DNA from: Gemmatales bacterium
GTDB taxonomy: Bacteria > Planctomycetota > Planctomycetia > Gemmatales > HRBIN36
Length of the DNA stretch: 64,000 nt
NCBI GenBank assembly: GCA_047602475.1
Contig: JASGHE010000005.1
Span: 59,684 to 123,683, forward strand
Direction: 5' to 3'
Shown here: piece after piece, positions 48,852 to 59,264 of the stretch
Layout of the letters: each line of letters begins with the position of its first letter
How positions within the stretch are numbered: the first letter of the stretch is position 1
Translations under genes and position numbers: made by a program
The notes under the pieces: generated by a model
Told to the model about the DNA's origin: nothing
Seen by the model: only the letters and a program-made list of their open reading frames with translations
Database searches by the model: none

Positions 48852-49103
48852 ATGGCGAAAGAAGAAGGAATCGAAGTCAATGGTAAGGTGCGAGAAGCTC
48901 TCGCCAATACCCAGTTTCGTGTCGAACTGGAAAACGGCCAGGTCGTGACTGCTCACGTCTCCGGACGCATGCGCAAGAACTTTATTCGTATCATCCCCGG
49001 TGACGCCGTCACTGTGGAGCTCTCGCCCTATGATTTGGGCAAAGGCCGAATCGCCTACCGCGCCGCTAGTCGAACTATCCTGAAGTTGCGTATGTTGAAA
49101 TAA
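48852..49103 (+). CDS. infA: Translation initiation factor IF-1
   Basis: ATG 48852: [70 protein letters not shown]. About 11 aa longer at the C-terminus than E. coli IF-1, and overlaps the convergent kinase gene by 29 nt. Confidence 0.95.
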   Translation: MAKEEGIEVNGKVREALANTQFRVELENGQVVTAHVSGRMRKNFIRIIPGDAVTVELSPYDLGKGRIAYRAASRTILKLRMLK

Positions 49104-51796
49104 TCTTCGTCAGTTGTGTTGTCAGTTCCTGCGCCCGAAAGGGCTTGTGCAGGAATCCATTCATTCGCAGCCCCGACAGTCTCGGCGTTACATCCTCTTC
49201 GGAATAGCCGCTCATTAACAGAAGCGGAAGCTGCGTGAGTTCCTCCCTCAGAAGCTTGGCCAGCTCAATGCCGTTGATATGGGGCATCGTCAGATCGATC
49301 AATGCCGCTCTCAAGCTGCGGGAATGCTTTCGCCCCAGTTCCAGTGCCTGTCGACTGTCGGTAGTCGCAAGAACTTGAAAGCCTGTAGCTTCGAGCACAT
49401 GCTTGATGAATTGCAACACTCCCTGATCATCTTCAATGACCAGAATCGTGCCGGAAGCTGGTTTGGTGGTAACCTTTTCGATCACTTCGCTGGGCTGCGA
49501 CTGGCGGTAGGAACACGGCAACACGACTCGAAATGTCGTGCCACTGCCAGGCTGACTCTCCACGAAGATGCTGCCTCGATGCCCGCGGACTATTCCGAGC
49601 ACCGAAGCCAGCCCCAGCCCCCTTCCGGTAAACTTGGTCGTAAAGAAAGGGTCAAAGATCTTGCGGACAATCTCCGGCGACATCCCCTGGCCGTTGTCCT
49701 GTACCTCAAGGCAGGCATAGTCACCGTCGGGAAGCGCATTATGGAGAAAGGCCTGTTCAAACTCCACTGCTGCGACTCTTCGTATCCCAGTCCTGATCGC
49801 GATGTAACCCTCGCCTTGAATAGCGTCGGCGGCGTTGGTGATCAGGTTCATCACCACCTGACGAATCTGGGTGGCGTCGCCTTCAATGGTGACAGGCTCA
49901 GCCACGATATGCAGTTGGGCCTTGGGAGAGACGATGGTCTTGAGCAGTCCCGCCATCTCGACTACTAACTGATCCAGCCGGATCGCTTCGATGACAAACT
50001 TGCCCTTGCCTGAATAGGCCAGCATCTGCCGGGACAGGTCAGCCGCCCGCTGGGCCGCCTTTTCAATCTCCCTGATCATCACCGCAGCCTGAGATTCCGC
50101 AGGCACTTCCAACTGCACAGATTGGCGTACCCCAGCATGCCCGTCAACAGATTATTGAAATCATGAGCGATCCCACCAGCCAGCACTTCCAGGCTTTCCA
50201 GCTTTTGAGCATGCTGGACCCGCTGCTCCAGCGCTTGTCTTTCCATTTCCTGCCGTTTGCGATCCGTCACATCTACTGCCACGCCGATGCAGCCGATGAT
50301 GGTGCCATCCTGCTTCCGAAGCGGTTCCAGGTGAGCATGAAAACACCGGCCCGCAAATTCCTGATCGTACGTGCTCGACTGACCTAGTAAGGCCATCCGA
50401 TGAGCAGCCAGCGAGGGATGATTCATGTCACTGGTCTGAAAAAACTCCGAAAGCGGCATCCCCACAACGGCATTGGGCTCCTGGCCAATTTCTCTTAACC
50501 CCGAACCGGAACTCGAAGTGAACACCAAATTCATATCGGTCGTCCACAGCACGGAAGGCAACTGCTCCATGATGAGTTCGATGCGCTGCTTATTGTCATA
50601 CAGTTTCTGCTCAACCAGCTTTTCGGTTGGTAATGTCTCGAACCGTGGCTATCACGCCGATGATTCTGCCGTGAGCGTCTCGCCACGGGCCATACTGGGC
50701 TGTCGTCCACCCTTCTTTTTTGGTCACCGGCGACACATAGTAAAGGTCTTGTCCGGTAACTAACTCGCCATTTAATGCTTTACTCAGACATTCTTCTACG
50801 CCGTAGCCAGCCAGCAGAGGAAATGCTTCAAGAAGCGTCTTCCCAATCACTTCGGATTCTGTGACCCCTGAGAGCACTTCCATATAGGGGTTCCACCGCC
50901 GGAACCTGAGATCACGATCATACACAATGATGCCTTCCTGGGCATTGGCGATGATCTGCCTGTTGAACTCGTGTGCCTCCTGTACTGAAGCGATGGCTTC
51001 CTTTAATGAAGTGATGTCGTAATTGACACCCAACATCTGAACTGGAGACGCCCGTCGTGGAATCATGAATGGTTCGACCAGCTCCCTTCAACCAGCGTAT
51101 GGTGCCATTAGGTCTGATGACCCGAAATTCCGTTGCATACTCCCGGTCTACCTGAATGGCTTTCTGCACAGCTTGTTCGACCACTTCCCGGTCATCCGGA
51201 TGTACGACTTGAAAGAAGTTCTCCGCAGTAGACGCATCGGTACCTCTCGTCATATCCAGCAGCTCGTACTCTTTATCATTCCAGGTGGCTTTGTTGGTCA
51301 GCAAATCCCATTCCCACATCCCCATACGACCGCTGTCCAGCACCATGCGCAACTTAGCTTCACTCTCACGCAGAAGCCGCTCATCTTCCTTCTGCTGCGT
51401 CACATCGACATGGCAGCCCATAATTCGGATCGGCTTGCCCGACTCATCACGATAGACCCGGCCTCTGCTCAAGATCCATCGATACGACTGATTCTTGTGG
51501 CGAAGACGAAAGTAAATCTCAAAGATACGGTTCGGATTATTCTGAGCCTCAAGAATGATCTTCCACGACATTTCGCGGTCATCTGGATTGAGCAACAATT
51601 CCCAGGTGCTGAATTGATTGGGAAGCTCATGGTCCTCGTAACCCAGTTGCGACTTCCAGATAGGAGAAAGATAGACTTCCTGAGTCTGCAGATTCCATAT
51701 CCAAAAGCCAATGTTGGCCGCCCAGAAAGCCAGTCGAAGGCGTTCTTCACTTTCCCGCAGTACGTCGTTTTCAGATACGTTATTCATCATGCACAA
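49075..51796 (-). pseudogene. Hybrid sensor histidine kinase (PAS x3 - HisKA - HATPase - REC), three frameshifts
   Basis: Four pieces: 51796-50918, 51066-50611, 50570-50079, 50118-49075. Junctions by eye: GRTIHDSTTGV.(S)VQMLGVNYDIT (~51045), VRDITNRK..KLVEQKLYDNKQRIELIMEQLPSV (~50621, T4 run), IAHDFNNLLTGMLGYANLC|QLEVPAESQ (~50115). HATPase (NLITNA, GRGLGLA) and receiver (LVIEDD...DLTMP). Confidence 0.85.
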
Positions 51797-51864
51797 CTAG
51801 CTTACATGTGACAAATGCAGACCTTGGGAGCATCACTCAATCCTCATCACTATACCTCTGATAT

Positions 51865-52251
51865 TCAACCAAAATATCGTAAAAGTGGCGGTGCCAGCAC
51901 CATACACCCAACGATGGCAGCGATCATACTGGCGAAGAGAACCGCCCCAGCCGCGATATCCAGGGCTTTCCAACTGCGATCTTGAACCTCGGAAGGCAGC
52001 CCACGGAACAGCGTCTCGATGGCACTATTGAATAGTTCCGCCGTTATCACCAGTCCGATACATAACAGCAGAATTGACCAGCTCACCAAATCAAGCTTCA
52101 GAATGATCGCTAGAACGATGACTAGCGCCGAGACTGATACATGAACAACAAAGCTCGATTGCCCAGTGACACCGAAATAGATGCCACGAAAGGCGACTTT
52201 GAACTTCCCCATCCAGCCCAAAGGCGGCCGGGAAGGTGAGGGCACACTCAT
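51865..52251 (-). CDS. dgkA: Diacylglycerol kinase (DgkA family)
   Basis: 128 aa with three TM segments. AELFNSAIETL and KALDIAAGAVL match the DgkA conserved E-x-x-N-S-A-I-E and D..aaAVL blocks. Confidence 0.8.
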   Translation of the reverse strand: MSVPSPSRPPLGWMGKFKVAFRGIYFGVTGQSSFVVHVSVSALVIVLAIILKLDLVSWSILLLCIGLVITAELFNSAIETLFRGLPSEVQDRSWKALDIAAGAVLFASMIAAIVGCMVLAPPLLRYFG

Positions 52252-52263
52252 GCTGGAGTACTC

Positions 52264-53712
52264 CTAAGCCAGCATCTTCTGAATCACTTGTCCATGCACA
52301 TCAGTCAATCTGAAATCACGCCCCTGAAAGCGGAAGGTGAGCTTGGTGTGATCAAATCCCAACAGTTGCAGCAAAGTCGCATGCAAATCATGTACATGTA
52401 CTTTGTCTTCAACAGCATTGAATCCAAAATCATCTGACTTCCCCAACACCACGCCCGGCTTCATGCCGCCGCCGGCAAACCACATCGAAAAGCAATTGGG
52501 ATGATGATCCCGCCCATCGTCGCCGCCCTGCACCATGGGGGTTCTGCCAAACTCGCCGCCCCAGATGACCAGCGTATCGTCGAGCATCCCACGCTGCTTG
52601 AGGTCTTTCACCAGGGCTGTGCAGGCCTGATCGGTCTTCTTGCACTCAGTTTTCAATCCATTCACTAGGCCGCCATGATGATCCCAGGCTTCATGGAAGA
52701 GTTGCACGAACCTTACACCACGCTCCACAAGACGGCGTGCCAGCAGGCAGTTGTTCGCAAACGACGGTTTGCCCGGCTCGGCTCCATAGGCTTCGAGCAC
52801 TGCCTTGGGTTCCTTGCTGATGTCCATCAAATCTGGTGCGGAAGCCTGCATCTTAAAGGCAAGTTCAAAAGCGCTGATGCGGGCAGCAATCTCGGGATCG
52901 CCCATCACGCCGAGCCGTTGTTCATTGAGATGCTTGATGGCATCCAGCGAATCGCGCTGAGCTTCTCGATCAATTCCCGGAGGATTGGAAAGGAACAACA
53001 CCGGATCACCGGCACTGCGGAAGAGCACGCCGTTATGTACGGTCGGCAGGAACCCCGCACCCCAGTTCGATTGTCCGCCACTGGGGCCCTTGCTGCCCGA
53101 ACTGAAAACGACGAAACCGGGAAGGTCTTCAGCTTCGCTACCTAGGCCATAAGTCGTCCACGACCCAAAGCTGGGTCGGCCAAACTGCTGAGCCCCCGTG
53201 TTCATGAAGATTTGTGCCGGGGCATGATTGAACGCATCGGTCGTCATCGACTTGACGATGGTGAGATCATCGACAATGGTCGAAAGATGGGGCAATAGTT
53301 CGGAAATCTCCGTCCCATTCTTGCCGACCTTGTTGAACTTGAACTTCGGCCCCAGCAGCTTGGAGTTCGGGTTGATGAACGCTGCCCGGTAACCCTTAAG
53401 CAATTCCGCCGGCGGCAGGGTGCCATTATGTTTTGCCAATTCCGGCTTGTTGTCGAACAACTCCAGATGACTGGGAGCACCCGCCATGAACAGATAAATG
53501 ACTCGTTTGGCCTTCGGTGCAAAGTGAGGTGCCTTCGGCGCTAACGGAGATGATGACTTCTTGTCGCCATCCTTGGCTAATAGCCCCTGGCTCAGAAGAT
53601 TCATCAGGCTAATCGTGCCCAGCCCCACGCCACATTCACGAAAGAACCAGCGCCGTGAATGATAGCGTTGTTCTTCCTGCAATAACTGTGAGATCGACAA
53701 CATGAATGACAC
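52264..53712 (-). CDS. DUF1501 domain protein (sulfatase/alkaline-phosphatase-like, Tat signal)
   Basis: 482 aa. [17 protein letters not shown] leader. FVQLFH..WDHH and GGEFGRTP blocks typical of planctomycete DUF1501 proteins. Confidence 0.9.
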   Translation of the reverse strand: MSFMLSISQLLQEEQRYHSRRWFFRECGVGLGTISLMNLLSQGLLAKDGDKKSSSPLAPKAPHFAPKAKRVIYLFMAGAPSHLELFDNKPELAKHNGTLPPAELLKGYRAAFINPNSKLLGPKFKFNKVGKNGTEISELLPHLSTIVDDLTIVKSMTTDAFNHAPAQIFMNTGAQQFGRPSFGSWTTYGLGSEAEDLPGFVVFSSGSKGPSGGQSNWGAGFLPTVHNGVLFRSAGDPVLFLSNPPGIDREAQRDSLDAIKHLNEQRLGVMGDPEIAARISAFELAFKMQASAPDLMDISKEPKAVLEAYGAEPGKPSFANNCLLARRLVERGVRFVQLFHEAWDHHGGLVNGLKTECKKTDQACTALVKDLKQRGMLDDTLVIWGGEFGRTPMVQGGDDGRDHHPNCFSMWFAGGGMKPGVVLGKSDDFGFNAVEDKVHVHDLHATLLQLLGFDHTKLTFRFQGRDFRLTDVHGQVIQKMLA

Positions 53713-53892
53713 CTGGAGGGCGAGGCTCCTGCCGAGCCGCGGACGGTTACTTGATTGTCCATCCCTTTCAGTTTACACGATACCACGATGATACGCCAAT
53801 CGATTCGTTTCACGACGGATCGATACTCTAACCATTGCGAATGCCATCACTAACATACCTACATCAACCTGCCATACCGAGAGACGAGTCTC

Positions 53893-55080
53893 ATGTTGCG
53901 TTTGTCGAACTTAGCGAACATGGTTAAACCCTCCGCCACGTTGGCTGCCGGGGCCAAGGCCAAGGAAATGAAGGCGTCGGGCATCAAAGTGTACGACTTC
54001 ACCCTGGGTGAACCCGATTTCCCCACCCCGCCCCATATTCGTGCTGCTGCTCAGAAAGCCATGGACGAAGGCCACACCAAGTACACTGCCGCCGAAGGTC
54101 TCCCTGCTCTCCGTCAGGCTGTCTGCAAGCTTTACCACGAGCGCAATGGCCTCACCTACACTCCCGACCAAGTCATTATCTCCAACGGTGCAAAGCATTC
54201 ACTGCACAATGCACTGTCAGCCCTCGTCGGTCCCGGCGATGAAGTCATTATCCCCACTCCCTATTGGACGAGCTACAACGACCTCGTCACTATGACCGGA
54301 GCCGCCTCCAAGTTCGTGAACACGACGATCGACCAGGGGTTCAAGCTCACTGCCGCCCAACTCAAAGCCGCGATCACGCCCACGACTAAGCTCCTGATGA
54401 TGAACTCTCCCAGCAATCCCACGGGAGTGACCTATACTCGGGAAGAGTTGCTGAGCCTGGCCAACGTCATCGTCGAACACAAGCTGGCCGTGCTCAGTGA
54501 TGAGATCTATGAGAATCTCACTTACGACAACGTGAAGACGACCTGCGTCGCCAGCCTGCGGCCTGAGATGCAGGACCTCTCCATCATCGTCAGCGGCGGC
54601 AGCAAGAGCTTCGCCATGACCGGCTGGCGCATCGGCTGGGCTGTCGGCCCCAGACACGTCATCAAAGCTATGGGTAACATCCAAAGCCAGCAGACGGGCT
54701 GCCCTAACAGCATCAGCCAGTACGCCGCTGTCATCGCCCTCAACAGCGATATGAAAGCCCTGCACGAGATGCGTGCCGAGTTTCAGGCCCGCCGTGATCT
54801 CATCTGCAAGGGCCTCGCCAGCCTTCCCGGCATCACGGTACACCAGCCCACCGGAGCGTTCTACGCCTTCTTCAATGTCAGCAAACACTTCGGCAAGACG
54901 CTGCATGGCATCAAGATCGAGAACTCCGCCGACTTCTGTCGCGCTGCACTGGAAAAGGTACAAGTCAGCGTCGTCCCCGGCTCAGCGTTCGGCGCGGAAG
55001 GTTACGTTCGATTGTCCTTCGCCGCCAGCCGGGAAGACCTGCAAGGCGGCGTGGAACAATTACGAAAGCTCCTGTCTTAA
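53893..55080 (+). CDS. Pyridoxal-phosphate-dependent aminotransferase, class I (aspartate aminotransferase-like)
   Basis: 395 aa. GEPDFPTP, NSPSNPTG and the PLP-lysine context SGGSKSFAMTGWRIGW. Confidence 0.9.
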   Translation: MLRLSNLANMVKPSATLAAGAKAKEMKASGIKVYDFTLGEPDFPTPPHIRAAAQKAMDEGHTKYTAAEGLPALRQAVCKLYHERNGLTYTPDQVIISNGAKHSLHNALSALVGPGDEVIIPTPYWTSYNDLVTMTGAASKFVNTTIDQGFKLTAAQLKAAITPTTKLLMMNSPSNPTGVTYTREELLSLANVIVEHKLAVLSDEIYENLTYDNVKTTCVASLRPEMQDLSIIVSGGSKSFAMTGWRIGWAVGPRHVIKAMGNIQSQQTGCPNSISQYAAVIALNSDMKALHEMRAEFQARRDLICKGLASLPGITVHQPTGAFYAFFNVSKHFGKTLHGIKIENSADFCRAALEKVQVSVVPGSAFGAEGYVRLSFAASREDLQGGVEQLRKLLS

Positions 55081-55111
55081 TCGAGCCATATTGCATTTAG
55101 CTGAACGAAAA

Positions 55112-55141
55112 CGAGCCGTCGTGATGCATCACGACGGCTCG
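55112..55141. terminator. Perfect 30-nt palindrome between convergent genes (bidirectional terminator candidate)
   Basis: CGAGCCGTCGTGATG|CATCACGACGGCTCG. On the minus strand it is followed by TTTTCG. It shares the CATCACG core of family G. Confidence 0.5.
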
Positions 55142-55161
55142 CTGTTCATCGGGAAGGGCTA

Positions 55162-55551
55162 CTACTTCTTAGCGCCACCAAGCGGTACCCTATCCACATG
55201 CACGGTTTGAGTACCGCCATTGGCATTGGAAACGGTGCCGGTGATGGTCGTTGAGCCATCCGCATTCTGAACAGCGGATTGCACTTGAAAATCAATGGGG
55301 TTGCCCTGTCCATCCGTGAATCGGAAGAAGTCCAGGGGATTATACCCGGCAGCGGCGGCAATGCCTCCGCCCGCCAGCACCACGGCCATGAGCGCTGCCA
55401 GCATCCAGGCTGCCCGTTTCCAGCGCGAAGGGCGATTCTGTTTCTGTAACTCGATCATGAGTCTGTTCTCCAGGTTGGGGTTGATCGCCGCCTCCGTCGA
55501 GTCGGCTTTGATAAACTCGAACGCTCGTTCGAGAGGATCCTCGGTTTTCAT
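55162..55551 (-). CDS. Putative anti-sigma factor / single-pass membrane protein
   Basis: 129 aa with one TM (AAWMLAALMAVVLAGGGIAAAAG). Its start overlaps the sigma gene stop by 4 nt (ATGA), suggesting translational coupling. Confidence 0.5.
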   Translation of the reverse strand: MKTEDPLERAFEFIKADSTEAAINPNLENRLMIELQKQNRPSRWKRAAWMLAALMAVVLAGGGIAAAAGYNPLDFFRFTDGQGNPIDFQVQSAVQNADGSTTITGTVSNANGGTQTVHVDRVPLGGAKK

Positions 55552-56135
55552 CGGTCACCATCACTTTCGTTGAGTTGTGCCCGCAGCATGTCACGACCAC
55601 GAGCCAGGCGGGATTTCACAGTTCCGATAGAGCAGTCAAGAACCTGACTGATTTCAGCGAGACTCATGTCTTCCAGATAGTGCAGCGCCACTGTCGTTTG
55701 AAACGGCAGGGGCAAGGTCAGCAGCGCGGTGCGGACATGATCGGCCATTTCACGCTGTTGTTGATCTTGTCGAGGGCAGGCGGTTTCCCGTAACTCCCTG
55801 AACGCACGGCGACGCTGCCAGCGTGCCCAGCGATTGACTCGGTTCGTTGCCAATCGATACAGCCAGGCGTGAAAAGGCACAGCACTGATCCGGTATCGAG
55901 GCAAATATCGCACCATCGAGACGAAGACATCTGCGACAAGGTCCTCAGCCAAAGTGCGATTGCCAACACGGCGAAGGACGTAACGAAAGATGCGTGTGTG
56001 ATTCTGTCTATATAGCTGGGATAGCGCTTCAGGATCGTGCCGAGCAGCAGCAATGAGCGAAGATTCAGCAGGGCAAGAAGGAGTGAGCGCTTTCGTTATT
56101 TCGACCATGTCAGTCTGTATCAGCGAGGCGCTCAT
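55548..56135 (-). CDS. ECF-type RNA polymerase sigma-70 factor
   Basis: 195 aa. Region 2 (LYRQNHTRIFRYVLRRVGN...AEDLVADVFV) and region 4 HTH (LSLAEISQVLDCSIGTVKSRLARGR). Confidence 0.9.
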   Translation of the reverse strand: MSASLIQTDMVEITKALTPSCPAESSLIAAARHDPEALSQLYRQNHTRIFRYVLRRVGNRTLAEDLVADVFVSMVRYLPRYRISAVPFHAWLYRLATNRVNRWARWQRRRAFRELRETACPRQDQQQREMADHVRTALLTLPLPFQTTVALHYLEDMSLAEISQVLDCSIGTVKSRLARGRDMLRAQLNESDGDR

Positions 56136-56223
56136 CCTACACTCACGTCGGTTTTTGGCTGCTTCCTAACACTATATAAGACAGTAATCGCCGAAAAGGT
56201 TCCCAGCCAGACCGACATTCAAC

Positions 56224-56261
56224 AAAAAGCCACACTCAGGAGGGCATCTCCAGAGTGTGGC
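56224..56261 (-). terminator. Rho-independent terminator after the BlaR1-like gene
   Basis: On the minus strand: GCCACACTC-(15 nt loop)-GAGTGTGGC followed by TTTTTG, 15 nt after the stop at 56276. Confidence 0.6.
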
Positions 56262-56275
56262 TCAACAACTTGTTT

Positions 56276-58340
56276 CTACTTCTTTTCTACGCTTCCCTTC
56301 ATTTCCATGATCTGTGTCGACAGCAATTCGCCAATCTTCATAGTGCCATGAGTTGTGTACCTCACGATGTTGCCCTCAAGAGTAGATTTGAGATTGGTGA
56401 TCAGATCGACGGAAAGTTGCTGTTCAGCAGACTCTTTTGCATCGCCGTTGATGGACGTGGCAGCCGGCATCAACATCTTGAGTCCACTCATCATACCATC
56501 GAGCAATTTCTGCTTTTTGGCAGCTGCCTCCTCGTCACTGCATCCAAAGACGATCTGGAACTTCACATTGTCTGAAAGAGTCAACGTCGTCACGACGCTG
56601 CCCTGATGATCCATCAACGGCTGGAACATGCGACTCATAACGAAACCGTCACTTGTCTGAGACAGTGCGTCTTTAAGCTCTTTGTTCTTCATATTAATCG
56701 CTGTCGTGAAGATGCCGGTATCGTTTGGCACCCCCTGAAGCCAGGTCGGTGAGGAGACGGGTTTGCCCGAAGCGGCCAGCCAATCCAGCACTTCCTTTTC
56801 TGATTGACCAAAAACGATGGTTCGCTCATCAGGACGAAGGAAGTAGGTCGGTGTCATGCCGTCTTTGGGCTTATCGTTGGCCTTGTAATAAGTGCCCAGC
56901 TTGTGCTCTACCTTCTCCACGGAGAACATGCAGTGCTTGATCCACGCCTCAGCATCTGCCTTGGTGCGTAGTTGACAATAGACACCTCGAATGGTGATGG
57001 AGCCAGTACCTTTCTCGCCGTTCTTTCGCAATTGAATCTGCAACGGCCCGGCAAAGCAGTCGATCACATCGAGAGAAACGCCCATGCCTCGTATCGTGGG
57101 AATAACGTCGATCTCATCTTTGAACATCCGGTTCAAGTCAGCTCGTTGAGCATGTAGCGAGGGCAGTGCCACTAGCGCCGCCGGCCTGAAAACGACGACT
57201 CCGGGGCCGTTGGGATCAACGTACTTGATCCAACCGGAGTCAACTGTTGTGGGGTTACTCACAGCCGGTTCGTCGGCGACACTCGAACTCCGCATCGAAG
57301 CTACGATGGCTCCCGTGACGATGAGACCCATCATCACGATCCATCGAAGCGATTTCTTTGATACGTTCATCTTCCGCGATCCATCGCGCAACATGGCAAT
57401 TCTCCTGAGTAGAGGTACCTCCGGCGACAGGAACAGCCTGGCCGGGGCGGGCAGACGCCGATCATCCTGATCCAGTGCCAGCCTGCACAGACTTTGCAGA
57501 TACAGCTTGACATCTCCCATGACCCGTGCAGCCAGAGCATCGGCCGAAGCTCCTGACCGCGCCGCAGCCACTTCGAGATGAGCCGTACCAGCGGGTGAAA
57601 CCAGTAGACAATGGTGATAACCTGAGTCAGCACCATCACAAGATAGTCTGCTCGCTGAATATGAGCGAGTTCATGAGCCAATACCGTCCTTTGTTCATCA
57701 GCGCCTCCAGCTTCGCCAATGAACAGGCAGCAGAATCGCCGGTTTCCACCAGCCGACCGTCGCCGGGACATTAACCTCATGGCTCATGAGCATCCGAATA
57801 GGTTTTTCGCAGTCGAGACTTTTCTTCAAGTCTTCAAATGTCTGCATGAGTTGTTTATCTGTCACTAACTCGGCTGAAGAGATCAGTCGATGAGTTGAGT
57901 GCATGATCCAGAGCAATCGCAGCATTCCCAATACCATGCCACCCGCCACAACCATTTGAAGCCAGGTGAACCACGACCAACTCTTCACTGGCTGAACGGT
58001 TGCCTCTTGTGTTTGTGGCAGCGTTTGCATCAACCCCTGCCAGCGGTTCCAGAGATGGCCGAGGTCGAATCCATCTGATGATTGAACCGCCGATGATACT
58101 GTTTCTGATGACACACTGACCGATTCGACAGGAGGCCTATTCACATATGCATTGACCCAGTTCGGCCAGGGTACGCATGTCAATAAGGTCAGGAGAACGA
58201 TACCCACCATCAGCCCAAAGGCGCTGCCCGGCCAAATGGCGGGGGAAGTAGCGATTGACGACCAGCAACAATCCTAGTCCCAAGAGAGACCAGACTGTTA
58301 TCTGGATCAACAATTGAGTGAACGGGATGGAAGACATCAT
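56276..58340 (-). pseudogene. BlaR1/MecR1-type M56 peptidase signal transducer with large unknown C-terminal domain, three frameshifts
   Basis: Pieces are 58340-58137, 58210-57698, 57780-57367 and 57571-56276. Junctions: RHLAGQRLWA|MVGIVLLTLL (~58211), PAILLPVHW|EAGGADEQRTVLAHELAHIQRADY (~57715, HExxH zinc site), YWFHPLVRLISKWLRRGQE|ASADALAARV (~57550). Its start overlaps the blaI stop (ATGA). Confidence 0.85.
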
Positions 58341-58723
58341 GCTGCCTCCTGTTCTTGAAGGATACTCAGCAGCACTTGCCGCTCTTTCGGGGTCAGCTTG
58401 CGATCTTCCACCAGGGTGAGCAGCAGTTGTGTGCGCGACCCCTGAAAGACCCGATCAACCAGATCGCCGACCAGACGCTTCGAGACGTTCCCAAAGGCTT
58501 GGGCCGCCTTGTAGAGGAATGGACGTTCAGCATTGGTCTGTTCGAGAAAGCCCTTCTCGCAAAGCAACCGGGAGAGCGTCGCCACCGTGGTGTACGCCAG
58601 ATCCCTGCCTGTCTTGGCGAGACGTTCCCTGGCCTCAGCAGCAGTCATTGCTGCATGCTGCCAATAGATGTGCATGAGTTCGAGTTCGCGCTCCGTGAGC
58701 GCTTTAGCAACCGGACGAGCCAC
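58337..58723 (-). CDS. BlaI/MecI/CopY family transcriptional repressor
   Basis: ORF 58783 trimmed to GTG 58723, which lies 5 nt after AAGGAGG. LTERELELMHIYW...TTVATLSRLLCEKGFL (winged helix). About 128 aa, as usual for the family. Confidence 0.88.
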   Translation of the reverse strand: MARPVAKALTERELELMHIYWQHAAMTAAEARERLAKTGRDLAYTTVATLSRLLCEKGFLEQTNAERPFLYKAAQAFGNVSKRLVGDLVDRVFQGSRTQLLLTLVEDRKLTPKERQVLLSILQEQEAA

Positions 58724-58818
58724 AGCGACCTCCTTGCCGTCTGATTTGGTTAACCAGATTTGGTTAGCCCGATGTACCGGCAATGGAGATCTCTGTCAAG
58801 CGCAGTTAGGGATATTTC

Positions 58819-58927
58819 GTAGGGCACGCTGTGCGTGCCTCTCAACAGCTTGCAGTCTTGCCATTTGATTGAGAATAAAAACTGAAACGAGATACTATCA
58901 ATGAGCGGCACGCATAGCGTGCCCTAC
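58819..58927. repeat. Repeat family A, copy A5
   Basis: GTAGGGCACGCTGTGCGTGCCTC...GAGCGGCACGCATAGCGTGCCCTAC (right arm slightly degenerate). Confidence 0.8.
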
Positions 58928-58953
58928 GAAAAAAGGACATCGAAACTGATCTC

Positions 58954-59211
58954 TTATTCCTGCCCACGCCGAGACCCTAATGCAAACAATGCAAACGACA
59001 GCAGTACCAATCCAAACCCGATACAGGGCAACAGAAAGAAGCTGAGAAATTCGTTGTCACGCCTGGCCCATAGACCTGGAAGCCAGAAGAAAGGAGGTAT
59101 TGGTACGCTCAATATGAGCGCAACAAATCCCATCAGGAAAGAGAGAAACCCTAATGAGCGTATTCTCTTCTTGTTCATAACAGCGATCACCAAAAAGGGA
59201 CACCAAGCCAA
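58954..59211 (-). CDS. Small hydrophobic hypothetical protein (85 aa)
   Basis: ATG ORF with 2-3 hydrophobic segments in an AT-richer spacer. No recognisable family. Confidence 0.3.
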   Translation of the reverse strand: MAWCPFLVIAVMNKKRIRSLGFLSFLMGFVALILSVPIPPFFWLPGLWARRDNEFLSFFLLPCIGFGLVLLSFALFALGSRRGQE

Positions 59212-59264
59212 CGGCCTGATGCCCCTTGTATCATTCTGGCTACTGACTCCTGGCTTCTGGCTTC

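Noticed and set aside
48852-49103. infA C-terminal 11-aa extension as another frameshift
   Set aside because: No alternative frame restores a more canonical ending convincingly. The extension is short and the IF-1 core is intact, so I treat it as natural or undecidable.
52264-53712. DUF1501 gene lacking the usual adjacent DUF1549/DUF1553 (PSCyt/PSD) partner
   Set aside because: I noted the orphan arrangement. However, partners can be encoded elsewhere and I cannot quantify how unusual this is without genome-wide data.
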